A stretch of 63,372 nt of DNA, the filler included, from an uncultured bacterium (GTDB taxonomy: Bacteria; CAYUVA01): assembly GCA_964448115.1 (NCBI GenBank). It is 3 parts of 3 records of this genome, joined end to end, with 100 filler letters (N's around TTAATTAATTAA, not from the genome) between each part and the next. Parts side by side here need not be neighbours in the genome. Positions count along the whole stretch, not along the records: positions 27,764 to 54,848 come from CAYUVA010000052.1; positions 54,949 to 63,372 come from CAYUVA010000068.1; 1 more part is not named here. The stretch is one strand, 5' to 3'. Made by a program: the position numbers and the translations under genes. The notes under the pieces are model-generated. The model was not told the origin of the DNA and searched no databases. It saw only the letters and a list, made by a program, of their open reading frames with translations. Shown piece after piece: positions 53,210 through 63,372 of this stretch (its first letter is position 1; each line of letters starts with the position of its first letter).

Positions 53210-53440
53210 TTGGTGAGGGAAACAGACTTGGCAAAAACGAAACAAGACGATAAAAACAAGCCAAACCTAGGGCAAGCAGGAGCCGGAGGGGCATTAGGAA
53301 AGCATGAGCTTCTGGTTAGGGATGATCCGGTAGCCAACAAGATCATCGTTATTTTTTTGATTATCCTGCTTTTAGCTCTGATTTTCATCCCCTCGGAGTG
53401 GTTCCTAAAAGCCTCCATGTGGTGGAATGGGATCAAGTGA
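53210..53440 (+). CDS. Small membrane protein
   Basis: Single TM; TTGACA-17-TACCTT promoter-like site at 53133-53161; start codon uncertain. Confidence 0.5.
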   Translation: MVRETDLAKTKQDDKNKPNLGQAGAGGALGKHELLVRDDPVANKIIVIFLIILLLALIFIPSEWFLKASMWWNGIK

Positions 53441-53491
53441 TATTATATGATAATGCAAGTCTAACCATCGGCTACTATTGGGAGATATAAA

Positions 53492-53683
53492 ATGCAGGAA
53501 GTCTCGACCTTCTGGGCAATAGTCCTTGAGATTGGATTTATCGGCTGGATTGCCAGCACCATAGCCTTCATATTCAAAGCCTGGGACAAGGAAGACAGGT
53601 TCAAGCCCAAGATAGCGCTCAGGTGGGGGATTACCATCGTTATCTTCTATGCTGTCTGGGTTGTGGGCATGATGAAGGCTTAA
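53492..53683 (+). CDS. Small 2-TM membrane protein
   Basis: GGAG RBS; two hydrophobic helices. Confidence 0.6.
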   Translation: MQEVSTFWAIVLEIGFIGWIASTIAFIFKAWDKEDRFKPKIALRWGITIVIFYAVWVVGMMKA

Positions 53684-53693
53684 AAGGATCGGC

Positions 53694-54737
53694 ATGCGCA
53701 GGGAATTCTGGATCGGCATCGCCATAAGCATCGTCTTTTTCGGGCTTTTTATATACTACCTGTACCCGCACCTGGACAGTCTTGCTAATGCACTTTCCGA
53801 TGCCCAGTACTACTGGTTGCTCCCCGCCATAAGCGCCAATATTCTTGCATTTTATTTCCGTGCTGAGCGATGGAAGATCCTGCTTAAGCATATCAAGAAG
53901 ATCCGTATTCCTCCATTGTTCCGCTCCATACTTATCGGCTTCATGGCGAGCAATATACTTCCGGTTCGTATCGGCGAATTCGTGCGCGCTTACATCATCG
54001 GTCGTCGTGAGCGGATCAGCAAAAGCGCTGCCTTTTCAACCATCGTGGTTGAAAGGGTATTTGATATATTTTGTGTGCTTTTGATGCTTGTTTTTGTCTC
54101 TATCATCTATTTTCCGAAGATCACTGGTCAGAACGCCATAGAGACCAAGAATAAGCTGGTTATCGTAGGCTTCATCGGATTAGCGCTAAGTTTAGCTATC
54201 ATAATATTTCTGATCCTCATAAGAGAAAAAAGGGATCTAGCCCTGAAGGTGGTGAACATCTTCCTATCACCATTGCCGTCCAGGTGGGCGACCAAAATCC
54301 TTGATATTTTCGATAACTTTGCCTCCAGTATAAGATTTTTCAATAGTGCATGGGATCTTGCTCGGATAATGTTCTGGTCGATCATTATGTGGAGTATCTT
54401 TGGCTTCAATATTTACTTTGTCTTCATAGCTTTTCATCGGTACGAGATCTCGTTTGTTGCCGCGCTTTTCATGGTGGTGATCCTGGCTTTGGCGGTCGCT
54501 ATTCCGGCTGCACCTGGATTTGTAGGCACCTTCCATGCAGCCGCGCTAATGGGTATAATGGCAGTGGATCCTGGCATAGATCCTGGTACGGCGGGCGGTA
54601 TTTCGTTGATCCTTCATCTTAATGGCTTTATCCCGGTAACAGTCATCGGGTTGATTTTTCTTCCTATTGAGCAGCTCACCTTGCGTGATATACAGATGCA
54701 ATCCGACTCGATGGACGATGATAATTCGGCAGCATAA
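53694..54737 (+). CDS. Lysylphosphatidylglycerol synthase TM/UPF0104 flippase-like protein
   Basis: RAERW, NILPVRIGEFVRA, VVERVFD, PAAPGFVGTFH. Confidence 0.9.
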   Translation: MRREFWIGIAISIVFFGLFIYYLYPHLDSLANALSDAQYYWLLPAISANILAFYFRAERWKILLKHIKKIRIPPLFRSILIGFMASNILPVRIGEFVRAYIIGRRERISKSAAFSTIVVERVFDIFCVLLMLVFVSIIYFPKITGQNAIETKNKLVIVGFIGLALSLAIIIFLILIREKRDLALKVVNIFLSPLPSRWATKILDIFDNFASSIRFFNSAWDLARIMFWSIIMWSIFGFNIYFVFIAFHRYEISFVAALFMVVILALAVAIPAAPGFVGTFHAAALMGIMAVDPGIDPGTAGGISLILHLNGFIPVTVIGLIFLPIEQLTLRDIQMQSDSMDDDNSAA

Positions 54738-54753
54738 GGCTATTTGAGGCTTC

Positions 54754-54782
54754 TTGACTTCTGGGGAGGAGACTCTTATATT
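54754..54782 (+). promoter_or_regulatory. Sigma70-type promoter for tRNA-Ser
   Basis: TTGACT-17nt-TATATT. Confidence 0.65.
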
Positions 54783-54794
54783 GTATAGGCGATC

Positions 54795-54848
54795 GGAGGG
54801 ATGGCCGAGTGGTCGAAGGCGGCGGTCTTGAAAACCGTTGACCGAAAG
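54795..54848 (+). tRNA. tRNA-Ser (anticodon TGA), 3' part truncated by gap
   Basis: GGAGGGA acceptor strand, D-arm GCCGAGTGGTCGAAGGC, anticodon arm GCGGT-CTTGAAA-ACCGT, start of long variable arm. Confidence 0.9.
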
Positions 54849-54948
54849 NNNNNNNNNNNNNNNNNNNNNNNNNNNNNNNNNNNNNNNNNNNNTTAATTAA
54901 TTAANNNNNNNNNNNNNNNNNNNNNNNNNNNNNNNNNNNNNNNNNNNN
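54849..54948. other. Artificial contig-joining linker
   Basis: N run flanking TTAATTAATTAA. Confidence 0.98.
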
Positions 54949-55180
54949 ATCTACCTGAGAGCGCATACCTTTCGGCGCTTAGCATTTTCTCTATCCTGAT
55001 GAGCTGATCCTGGTAGTCTGGGGATCCCTGGATCAATCCAGCTACTCTATCCAGCCAACGGATGAAGCTGTTCTGGTTCGGCACCGGCGCCTGTTCGAAT
55101 CCACGAGCACAGATATTGCAGCTACGGCAGACAAAGGCTTGGTGTATAGAGTTGCCTATCTCGAAGATGTAATTCTCCAT
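54949..55180 (-). CDS. Hypothetical protein, N-terminal fragment truncated by gap
   Basis: Open frame from ATG 55180 into the N run; CRSCNIC motif; divergent from clpC. Confidence 0.5.
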
Positions 55181-55356
55181 ACATGTGATACTGGTTTGTT
55201 TTGAATATTCTTGGTAGGATAATATCTGAAATCGTATTTTGTGTCAATAGCTTGACAAGCTCCATATAATTTTATTTGATCTTAGTTTATTTTTTAACCT
55301 ATAATCCCGATGTCGAGAGATATAGCGGAAAGTTTGCGACACATTTATAAAATCGC

Positions 55357-55385
55357 TTGACAAAAAGACACTCAGGTGTTATATT
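55357..55385 (+). promoter_or_regulatory. Sigma70-type promoter for clpC
   Basis: TTGACA-17nt-TATATT. Confidence 0.7.
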
Positions 55386-55407
55386 ATAACCAGTTTAACT
55401 CAACAAG

Positions 55408-57861
55408 GTGGAAGCGATGATAAACTGGGGCAAATTTACCGACAAAGCAAAAGAAGCGGTTGCACTAGGGCAACAATACGCATCCAGGATGGGGCAACAC
55501 CATCTCAATACAGACCATATCCTTCTTGGAATGGTCGATCAAGATAATAGCATCGTACTCAAACTCTTCGAAGAGATGGGATTCGATCCCCAAAAAGCAA
55601 AGGATGTTATAAGGGACCGGGTCATCCGCTCTCAGGTGCTATCCTCGAGGGTGCCGCGCGGTTCGGAGCTGCAAATATACCTCACCGAGGAGACGGACAG
55701 GCTGCTCAATAACGCAATCGAGGAGTCTAATCGTCTCAACGACCAGTTTGCTGGCTGCGAGCATCTCTTCATCGCCATGGTCAAGGATAGTTCATCGACC
55801 GCTGGTGCCATTTTACAGAACCTCGATGTAAACCTTGAGAGGCTCTACCAATCATTGCAAAAGGTTCGTGGTTCCCAGAGGAGCATGGATGAGTCCGCTG
55901 AGGAGAAATACGATATGCTCAAGCGCTTCACCGTTGACCTGACCGACCTTGCTAGGCAAGGAAAGCTTGATCCGGTTATCGGGCGCGAAGACCTCATAAA
56001 AAGGGTTATCCAGATACTCTCGCGGCGAACCAAGAACAATCCGGTACTTATCGGCGATGCCGGAGTGGGAAAGACTGCAATAGTCGAGGGACTGGCTCAG
56101 AAAATAGTCAGCAACGAGATACCTGAGATGCTCAAGGATAAAAATGTGATATCGCTTGATTTATCGAGTGTCGTTGCTGGTTCAAAGTACCGCGGGGAGT
56201 TCGAGGAGAGACTCAAGACCATCATTGACCAGATAAAGGAAGCTTCTGGAAAGATTATCCTTTTCATAGACGAGCTGCATAATGTTGTCGGAGCCGGCGC
56301 TGCCGAGGGGAGCATCGATGCCTCGAATATGCTCAAGCCGGCGCTGGCACGCGGGGAGTTGCAATGCGTTGGTGCTACCACCATCGATGAATATCGCAAA
56401 CATATCGAAAAAGATGTTGCTCTGCAGCGCAGGTTTCAGCCAGTGTTGGTCGAAGAACCTTCCATCGAGGACACCATAAAAATCCTGCATGGATTGAAGG
56501 ATAAATATGAGAAGCACCATGATGTCTGCATCACTGAGGATGCTATCATAGCAGCCGCTAAGCTCTCTGCACGGTACATCAGCGATCGCTTCCTTCCGGA
56601 CAAGGCTATTGACCTCATTGATGAGGCTGCCTCAAAGGTGCACCTGGAGGCGACCTATATACCACCAGAGATAATCAGGCTGCAAAAGGAGCTTGAAGAG
56701 CTTAACCAAAAGGAGCAGGAGGCGGCATCAATAGGAGATTACGAGGAGGCAGCTAGAATAAAACAGCAGAAGATTAAACTCAACGAAGAGCTTGCTGAGC
56801 AGAAAGATAGGCATGAGAGAGAGCGTGTAACCTGTGATTTGACCGTGGATGCAGAACAGATAGCACAGGTTATCTCAAGATGGACAGGAATACCGGTAAG
56901 CAAGGTGATGGAGACCGAGAAGGACAAGCTGGTCAACATGGAGGATAACCTCCACAAACGAGTGATCGGGCAGGACGCAGCTATCAAGGCGATCTCTGAG
57001 GCAGTCAGGCGCTCTCGGGCAGGGCTGTCTGATCCCAACCGACCTATCGGCTCCTTCATCTTCCTTGGACCAACTGGAGTCGGAAAAACCGAGCTGGCAA
57101 AGGCGCTGGCTGAATTCCTCTTCGATGATGAGAGTGCACTGGTCCGCATCGATATGTCAGAATACATGGAGAAATTCTCCGTTTCACGCCTCATCGGCGC
57201 ACCACCAGGCTATGTCGGTTACGAGGAGGGAGGGCAACTCACCGAGGCAGTCAGGCGCAAGCCTTACTCTGTTGTGCTTTTCGATGAGATCGAAAAAGCA
57301 CACCCGGAGGTATTTCACCTCTTGCTGCAACTGATCGATGATGGAAGATTGACCGACTCAAAGGGCAAGGTAGTGGACTTCAGAAACACTATTGTAATAA
57401 TGACCTCCAACCTCGGCTCCAGGTATATACACTCCTTGACACCAGATCTCAGCCCAGAACAGCTTAAACAGGAGTTAGAGCGGATGCGTAAGGCGGTAAC
57501 CGAGCAGCTACATTCCTTCTTCAAGCCTGAATTTCTTAACCGCATTGATGATATAATCATCTTCGAGCCGCTCACCAGGGAGCAGGTGAAGCAGATAGTG
57601 CATCTACTGATCGAGCGTGTCCATAAGCGCCTGGCAGACAAAAACATCAGGCTCGAATTAACATCTCAGGTCTTTGATCATCTGTCTGAGATCGGCTTCG
57701 ATCCCAACTATGGCGCTCGTCCACTGAAGCGAGCTATCCAGCGTATGATAGAGAACAAGATCGCTTCGGAGATGATCAAGCAAGGCATATCCCAGGATGC
57801 AACCATTAAAGCCTATCTCAAGGACAGCCAAATTGCCATAGAGGTACAGAAGAGAGACTAA
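55408..57861 (+). CDS. clpC: Clp ATPase, ClpC-type
   Basis: Clp-N repeats; two AAA+ modules ([16 protein letters not shown]); short UVR-type middle domain (DYEEAARIK); start may be ATG 55417. Confidence 0.88.
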   Translation: MEAMINWGKFTDKAKEAVALGQQYASRMGQHHLNTDHILLGMVDQDNSIVLKLFEEMGFDPQKAKDVIRDRVIRSQVLSSRVPRGSELQIYLTEETDRLLNNAIEESNRLNDQFAGCEHLFIAMVKDSSSTAGAILQNLDVNLERLYQSLQKVRGSQRSMDESAEEKYDMLKRFTVDLTDLARQGKLDPVIGREDLIKRVIQILSRRTKNNPVLIGDAGVGKTAIVEGLAQKIVSNEIPEMLKDKNVISLDLSSVVAGSKYRGEFEERLKTIIDQIKEASGKIILFIDELHNVVGAGAAEGSIDASNMLKPALARGELQCVGATTIDEYRKHIEKDVALQRRFQPVLVEEPSIEDTIKILHGLKDKYEKHHDVCITEDAIIAAAKLSARYISDRFLPDKAIDLIDEAASKVHLEATYIPPEIIRLQKELEELNQKEQEAASIGDYEEAARIKQQKIKLNEELAEQKDRHERERVTCDLTVDAEQIAQVISRWTGIPVSKVMETEKDKLVNMEDNLHKRVIGQDAAIKAISEAVRRSRAGLSDPNRPIGSFIFLGPTGVGKTELAKALAEFLFDDESALVRIDMSEYMEKFSVSRLIGAPPGYVGYEEGGQLTEAVRRKPYSVVLFDEIEKAHPEVFHLLLQLIDDGRLTDSKGKVVDFRNTIVIMTSNLGSRYIHSLTPDLSPEQLKQELERMRKAVTEQLHSFFKPEFLNRIDDIIIFEPLTREQVKQIVHLLIERVHKRLADKNIRLELTSQVFDHLSEIGFDPNYGARPLKRAIQRMIENKIASEMIKQGISQDATIKAYLKDSQIAIEVQKRD

Positions 57862-58110
57862 TGGACTGACAACTAAATACTAAGGCAGCGTAGGCGCAAC
57901 CAGATCTTGAAGGCTCTTATAGATAATCCCGACACGGTCGAGATGACACAGATAGGAGAGCGGGATCGGCAACCGGTTCATGGTTGGGTCAGTTAAACGA
58001 TGCTCAAAGGGCGTAAAAATCGTTATGCGCAACTGTTTCAGCGCTGAAACAGTTCCAATTGAATGTAATGCAAGCATGATGCTTGGGTTACATTCCGGTT
58101 TCCTTTCCTT

Positions 58111-58134
58111 GTCATTCCCGCGCCGGCGGGAATC
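58111..58134. repeat. dRS3/REP-like palindrome
   Basis: GTCATTCCCGCGCCGGCGGGAATC, same ATTCCC-N8-GGGAAT family as the copy at ~38520. Confidence 0.75.
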
Positions 58135-58253
58135 GAGTAATTTTGATCAAAAATACCTTGAGTGAATGGTATTAGCCTTAAGACTAGAGTATTGCATAAT
58201 TTTTTAATGCTGTTACAATGTCTTGTTAGAATGTGATAAAAGGGGGATGAAAA

Positions 58254-59228
58254 ATGGATTCTGATGTATTATCCAGGATCTTCCTGAAGGTTACAGAGGC
58301 TGCTGCCATCGCTTCTGCACAAACGATGGGACAAGGGGATCGCAAGAAGTCAGACCAGGTTGCGGTTACCGCGATGCGCGATGCCCTCAATAAAGAGCCT
58401 ATCCTCGGACGAGTGGTGATCGGAGAGGGCGAAAGAGACAAGGCTCCGATGCTCTATGTTGGCGAAGAAGTAGGCGGTGGAGATGAGGGTGCTCCTGAGA
58501 TCGATATCGCGGTAGATCCCTTAGAGGGCACTAACCTGTGTGCTAATGGAATGCCCAATGCGATTGCGGTCATAGCAGCCTCCTCCAAAGGAGGCTTATT
58601 TTATGCACCTGATGTTTATTTGGATAAATTGATAGTGGGACCCAGTGCCAAGGGACATGTCGATATCAATGCCCCGGTCAAGCATAACCTGATCCAGATA
58701 GCCAAAGCATTGAATTATTCAGTTACCGACCTGGTCATCACCGTGTTGGATCGGGAGAGACACTATCCCCTGATGTCCGAGATAAGGAAAACCGGTGCCA
58801 GGATCAAGCTGATCGGGGATGGCGATGTTATCGCCAGTATCGAGGCGGCGATCAGAGGCACCGGCGTACATGCGGTAATGGGCGCCGGCGGCGCTCCAGA
58901 GGGAGTGCTTACTGCCGCTGCCATGAAGTGCCTCGGCGGTGAGATACAAGCCAAGTTCTGTGTATATACTGCTGAACACAAGAACCGCCTTGAGGAACTG
59001 GGAATAACTGACCTGGACAAGGTTTATACCACCGATGACCTCGCTCCGGGGGATGATATCGTGATGGCAGCGACTGGAGTTACCAGCGGTTGGCTCCTAA
59101 AGGGAGTCAACTTCTTCGGAGACGCCTGCCGAACCCATTCCATAGTAATGTCCTACAATCCGAGGGAGATCCGCTTCGTTGATACAATCCATATCGGCAA
59201 GGAATTCACCGGCGCAGTAAAACTCTAG
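58254..59228 (+). CDS. glpX: Class II fructose-1,6-bisphosphatase
   Basis: VIGEGERD.APMLY, DIAVDPLEGT, DGDV, GGAPEGV, ATGVT. Confidence 0.96.
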   Translation: MDSDVLSRIFLKVTEAAAIASAQTMGQGDRKKSDQVAVTAMRDALNKEPILGRVVIGEGERDKAPMLYVGEEVGGGDEGAPEIDIAVDPLEGTNLCANGMPNAIAVIAASSKGGLFYAPDVYLDKLIVGPSAKGHVDINAPVKHNLIQIAKALNYSVTDLVITVLDRERHYPLMSEIRKTGARIKLIGDGDVIASIEAAIRGTGVHAVMGAGGAPEGVLTAAAMKCLGGEIQAKFCVYTAEHKNRLEELGITDLDKVYTTDDLAPGDDIVMAATGVTSGWLLKGVNFFGDACRTHSIVMSYNPREIRFVDTIHIGKEFTGAVKL

Positions 59229-59269
59229 GAGAATAGCCAAACTCGGAACCATCGAAATATAATTTCTCG

Positions 59270-60661
59270 CTATTCTTGCGTAATCTGGTAGTTTTTTATC
59301 TTGTAAATTAGTGTCCTTCTGCCGATGCCGAGGCGTCTTGCCGTCTCGGTCTTGTTCCATCCGGTCTCCTTGAGCGTCTTTATGATAAGCTCCCGCTCCA
59401 TCTCCTTGACGGTTGTGCCTTCGGGTGGTTTCATTGAATTATTTATTCCTTTTACTTTCTCATGTCTTTGGATTGCCAGGGGTAGGTTATCCGGGAGTAT
59501 TTTCTCGAATCTAGCCATTATAACAGCGCGTTCTATCGCGTTTTCCAATTCCCTGATATTGCCCGGCCAGTGGTAATGCAATAGCAGATCGAGCGCTTCC
59601 TTGGTGAAGTCCTTTATCTGCTTGTGGTTCTTATGCGCAAAGATCCCCAGAAAATGGTAGGCAAGCAGCCTGATATCATCACCCCTCTCCCGCAGCGAAG
59701 GCAGCGTTATTGGAACCACATGGAGTCGATAAAAGAGATCTTCCCTGAAGTTACCTTTTTTTACCTCTGCTTCTAGGTCTTTATTTGTTGCAGCGAGAAT
59801 GCGCGTATCGACCTTCTGGGTTATGGTGGAGCCGACCTTCTCGAACTCCTTGTCCTGTAGAACGCGCAGCACCTTTGCTTGCAGGCTGGTTGACATGTCG
59901 CCGACCTCATCGAGAAAAATGGTGCCACCGTGGGCGATCTCGAACTTACCGATCCGTTTGTCAACGCCGGTGGCGACTCTCTTTTCGATGCCGAACAGCT
60001 CGCTCTCCAGCAGGGTATCAACCAGCGCTGCGCAGTTCACCTTGACAAAGGGTCCCTCCTTGCGTTTGCTCAGGCGGTGGATTGCTTGGGCGATGAGTCC
60101 CTTGCCGGTGCCACTTTCACCATAGATGAGCACGGTTGCGTTGGTCGGCGCCACCAGTTGCACGGTCTCATATACCTCGTGCATAACCTCGCTTTGCCCA
60201 ATGACGCCGGGGAGAAGGTACTTTTCGGAGAGAGCCTCCTTGAGTTGGAGATTCTGATCCAGCAAAGCGCCGTGTCTGAGCGCCTTGTCAACAACAACGC
60301 TCAGCTCTTCTATGTCGATAGGCTTGTTCAGATAATCAAAGGCACCCAGTTTCATCGCCTCCACAGCGGTCTTTACCGTGGCGTAGGCGGTGAGGACTAT
60401 TATCATCTGCTGCGGCTTCAGGCTTTTTATCTCCTTGATCGCCTCGATGCCGTCCATTCGTTTCATCTTAAGATCCATAATCACCAGATCAAAGGACTCC
60501 GAGGCGCATTTATGGACACCGACATCGCCATCATCAGCTTCCTCGACAGCGTGTCCCGCATCGCCAAGCACGGTGCAGAGCAGCTTTCGACTCGAGTGCT
60601 CATCGTCAACCACCAGGATTCTTCCCATGCCGGTGCATTCACCTCCTTTATTCTCAGCCAA
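59270..60661 (-). CDS. NtrC/AtoC/ZraR-family response regulator
   Basis: REC domain (VVDDE, MDLKM, KP); AAA+ GESGTGK, FLDEVGD, RLHVV, WPGNIREL; Fis-type HTH. Confidence 0.95.
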   Translation of the reverse strand: MAENKGGECTGMGRILVVDDEHSSRKLLCTVLGDAGHAVEEADDGDVGVHKCASESFDLVIMDLKMKRMDGIEAIKEIKSLKPQQMIIVLTAYATVKTAVEAMKLGAFDYLNKPIDIEELSVVVDKALRHGALLDQNLQLKEALSEKYLLPGVIGQSEVMHEVYETVQLVAPTNATVLIYGESGTGKGLIAQAIHRLSKRKEGPFVKVNCAALVDTLLESELFGIEKRVATGVDKRIGKFEIAHGGTIFLDEVGDMSTSLQAKVLRVLQDKEFEKVGSTITQKVDTRILAATNKDLEAEVKKGNFREDLFYRLHVVPITLPSLRERGDDIRLLAYHFLGIFAHKNHKQIKDFTKEALDLLLHYHWPGNIRELENAIERAVIMARFEKILPDNLPLAIQRHEKVKGINNSMKPPEGTTVKEMERELIIKTLKETGWNKTETARRLGIGRRTLIYKIKNYQITQE

Positions 60662-62363
60662 CCGGCAGCCCTAAGATGAATCTAGTGCCGGCACCAGGCT
60701 CGCTGATAAAGTCTATCTTCCCGCCTAAGCTTTCCATTATATTATGGACAATGGTCAATCCCAAGCCGACTCCATCCTTGCGGGTGGTGAAAAAGGGGTC
60801 AAAGATGCGGTTGAATACATCCCTGGGGATGCCCTTGCCGGTGTCCTCGATCTCGATCACCACCATCTCCTGTTCCTGGTTGAGCTTCTCATACCTGGTA
60901 TTCACGGTCAGGGTTCCGCCGTTGGGCATAGCATTCATCGCATTCGTATAGATATTGATAAGCACCTGGCTCAGCTTTTCCGGGTCCGATTGAATGATGG
61001 GTACTTGAGGCGACAAGCCTTGTTCAATTGAGATCTTCTGCATCGATGCGTCCTGTTTTATGAACTGCAGTGAGCGCTTCACCACCTCATTTACATCGAT
61101 TTTCTGTGGTAAAAGCTCCACTGGCTTTGAGAACTGGATAAGCTCCTCGACCACCCGGTTCAGGCGATCCACCTCGGTTATTATTATATCTGTGTATTCG
61201 CTCTCCTTATCATCTTTTACTGGGATCTTCTGCTTGAGCACCTGCGCGAAGCCCTTGATGGCGTTAAGTGGATTGCGAATCTCGTGCGCTACCGCAGCGG
61301 ACAACTGCCCAAGTGCTGCCAGTCGCTCGGTGCGGTTTACCTGCTCCTTGAGAGCCTTTATCTCGCGCTGATCATTGATGATGAGCAAGCTGCCGATCTT
61401 CTCCTGCTTTTCATTTACGATATCCGACTTGGCGACCGCGACCGGTATCTCGCTGCCGATGGGATCCACGAAGTCCAACTCGCGTTCGGGGATGCGACCA
61501 TGCACCTGCACTAGCTTCTTAAGCTCCTCATTCTTGGGATCATCGGCGAGGATCTCCTTCATGTTTTTACCTCTAGCCTTGTCTGGACTTACCTTGAGCA
61601 GGTTTGAGGCAGCGCTGTTCATGGTTATTATGCGCATGCTGTTATCGAAGGCGATGACGCCGCTCTCCATGCTATTTATTATGTTGTTAGTATAGTATCG
61701 CATCCTCTGTAAAGCGAGGTTCACCGCCGAGTAGTTCTGCGAGATTATAATAAAATAGATCGAAGCCACTCCAACTCCCATAAGAAGCAACGTAACCAGG
61801 TAGCTATAATCCCGATCTGCTGATTCAGCCTCCTCGAATTCGTTCATCTTGATCCCGACCGAGATCGCCTTTCTGGATAGCGCGGAGGCTTCCTTGACCT
61901 TTTTTTGGTCAATATAAGGGCTGAAGAGCTTAGTTACCTCGAAGACGCTGGTGCCATCCTGTTTTTTAACCCGGTTGGTCAGGATCTGGTTGGCGTGGAG
62001 CACCTTTTCCGCATCGAAAATGCCGAGAAACTTAGTGTATAGCTTGATGCGGCTGGTGTGAGCCTGGATCATGCCGTGATAGTCGATGATGGCGATGTAG
62101 TATATGTTGCTTTTTTGGCCGTACTCCTCGAGGAAGTTCTGCAGCGAGCCGTAGGTGCCCGAAGTCTCGGTCTCCTGCATAGCAGCCAGTATCTCTATCG
62201 TATTCATTATGCGCAGCGCCTGTTCGGTGAGCAGCCTTTCGACCATGCGTTTCTCTCGGTCTAAGTTCTGCCTTAGCGAGATGGTCAATATGGAGCCAAT
62301 GACCACGGTTACGCCGATAATGACCAGAAATGGTAGATATGCCTTTCGCTTCACCGCTTTCAT
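60654..62363 (-). CDS. Membrane sensor histidine kinase with PAS domain
   Basis: 2 TMs, PAS, H-box AHEIRNPL, N box, DTGKGI, FDPFFTT, GVGLGL. Confidence 0.95.
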   Translation of the reverse strand: MKAVKRKAYLPFLVIIGVTVVIGSILTISLRQNLDREKRMVERLLTEQALRIMNTIEILAAMQETETSGTYGSLQNFLEEYGQKSNIYYIAIIDYHGMIQAHTSRIKLYTKFLGIFDAEKVLHANQILTNRVKKQDGTSVFEVTKLFSPYIDQKKVKEASALSRKAISVGIKMNEFEEAESADRDYSYLVTLLLMGVGVASIYFIIISQNYSAVNLALQRMRYYTNNIINSMESGVIAFDNSMRIITMNSAASNLLKVSPDKARGKNMKEILADDPKNEELKKLVQVHGRIPERELDFVDPIGSEIPVAVAKSDIVNEKQEKIGSLLIINDQREIKALKEQVNRTERLAALGQLSAAVAHEIRNPLNAIKGFAQVLKQKIPVKDDKESEYTDIIITEVDRLNRVVEELIQFSKPVELLPQKIDVNEVVKRSLQFIKQDASMQKISIEQGLSPQVPIIQSDPEKLSQVLINIYTNAMNAMPNGGTLTVNTRYEKLNQEQEMVVIEIEDTGKGIPRDVFNRIFDPFFTTRKDGVGLGLTIVHNIMESLGGKIDFISEPGAGTRFILGLPVG

Positions 62364-62544
62364 AGCTGCCCATGTTGTTTGAATTAGCTGTTAGGTATCT
62401 TGATTATTATCAAGAGCATACTTCTCGAGCTTGTCAATAAAGTAATTAAATGACCGATTATTTTGCTAATAATATTTTTAAAAAATCTTTTATCGTTTTT
62501 GCCTTCAACAAAAATGGTTAATTCCTTATAACTCATGTTTCTGT

Positions 62545-62799
62545 TTAAAGCCAATCTTGAACATATAAATCTTCGATGCCAACTTCATTTTGTAAAAAGG
62601 TTTTCACTTCATCATTATTAGCCGGTCTTGAAATTCTAGAGAACCCTTTTTCATCACGATAAACAAGTAAAATATTCTGTAACTTATTAAAATGATGGTA
62701 TGGGAAGAAAAATGGGGTTTGAATAAGAGGAATATCTGAAGAAATTTTTATTCCTTGAAAAAACGGTGGGAAAAATTCCTTTATTTCTATAAGAAGCAT
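62545..62799 (-). CDS. Hypothetical protein (AT-rich)
   Basis: 84-aa ORF downstream of 5S rRNA; no motif. Confidence 0.35.
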   Translation of the reverse strand: MLLIEIKEFFPPFFQGIKISSDIPLIQTPFFFPYHHFNKLQNILLVYRDEKGFSRISRPANNDEVKTFLQNEVGIEDLYVQDWL

Positions 62800-62840
62800 C
62801 CCAAATACCCCTTAGTTACAATAAGTATAATAAACAAATA

Positions 62841-62958
62841 ACCCGGCAGCAACCTACTCTCCCACATCCTCTCGGATGCAGTACCATCGGCGATGGAGGG
62901 CTTAACTTCCGTATTCGGAATGGGAACGGGTGTTTCCCCTCCTCTATAGCCACCGGGC
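62841..62958 (-). rRNA. rrf: 5S ribosomal RNA
   Basis: Reverse complement contains CACCCGTTCCCATTCCGAATACGGAAGTTAAG and GATGGTACT...GGGAGAGTAGGT; ends approximate. Confidence 0.96.
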
Positions 62959-63055
62959 GATCTTGATTAAGATTTTATATAAAATTTCATCTGGCGACCG
63001 GAAGAATTCACGGTTCCTTTGTATGCGGAGAAAGCCTTTAAATTTCTCCATAATA

Positions 63056-63372
63056 AGGGATCAAGCCGAACGACCTATTAGTACCGGTCGGCTTTGACAT
63101 TACTGCCTTTACACCTCCGGCCTATCAACCTTGTGTTCTACAAGGGGTCTTGTTAGAGGCATTACCCTCTTGGGATATCTAATCTTGGGGTGTGCTTCAC
63201 GCTTAGATGCTTTCAGCGTTTATCACATCCGGACATAGCTACTCTGCAATGCTCCTGGCGGAACAACAGAAACACCAGAGGTCCGTCCACCCGGGTCCTC
63301 TCGTACTACGGGCAGCTCCCCTCAGATATCCTGCGCCCACAGCAGATAGGGACCGAACTGTCTCACGACGTT
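63056..63372 (-). rRNA. rrl: 23S ribosomal RNA, 3' end (partial)
   Basis: Sarcin-ricin loop AGTACGAGAGGAC, GATAAACGCTGAAAGCATCTAAG and AACGTCGTGAGACAGTTCGGTCCCTATC on the minus strand. Confidence 0.97.

Noticed and set aside
54795-54848. tRNA-Sec supporting the selenoprotein
   Set aside because: The anticodon is TGA (reads UCA, Ser); tRNA-Sec would have TCA.
55200-55407. CIRCE, CtsR or HAIR heat-shock operator before clpC
   Set aside because: No convincing consensus. TGTCAA-TAGC-TTGACA is explained by back-to-back -35 boxes of divergent promoters.

Overview
Draft-assembly window from a diderm bacterium using the standard genetic code. It consists of three contigs joined by artificial N/TTAATTAATTAA/N linkers (27664-27763, 54849-54948), so gene order across the linkers is not biological evidence. 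Contig 1 holds a cluster of exported modular surface proteins (beta-helix, FN3, FG-GAP, Thr/Pro linkers), a porin, an ABC-ATPase/partner pair, membrane glycosyltransferase-like genes and rpmE-DUF1385-prfA. Contig 2 holds two IPTL-CTERM-like proteins, an MTase-Mrr fusion, a decayed trehalose operon, housekeeping genes (icd, rpmF, fabD, dksA, rarA, hemL) and a truncated tRNA-Ser. Contig 3 holds clpC, glpX, a two-component system, 5S rRNA and the 3' end of 23S rRNA. Two observations stand out. (1) Four exported proteins with different cargo domains end in the same ~105-aa C-terminal domain, finishing D-x8-W-P-[YWF]-L-x-V, a candidate undescribed sorting or anchoring domain. (2) One of those four is a probable selenoprotein that the ORF track splits in two: 9875..11026 reads through UGA 10070-10072 to give a U-S-A-C redoxin motif followed by a SECIS-like hairpin. 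All family names come from motif recognition by eye; no database searches were run.
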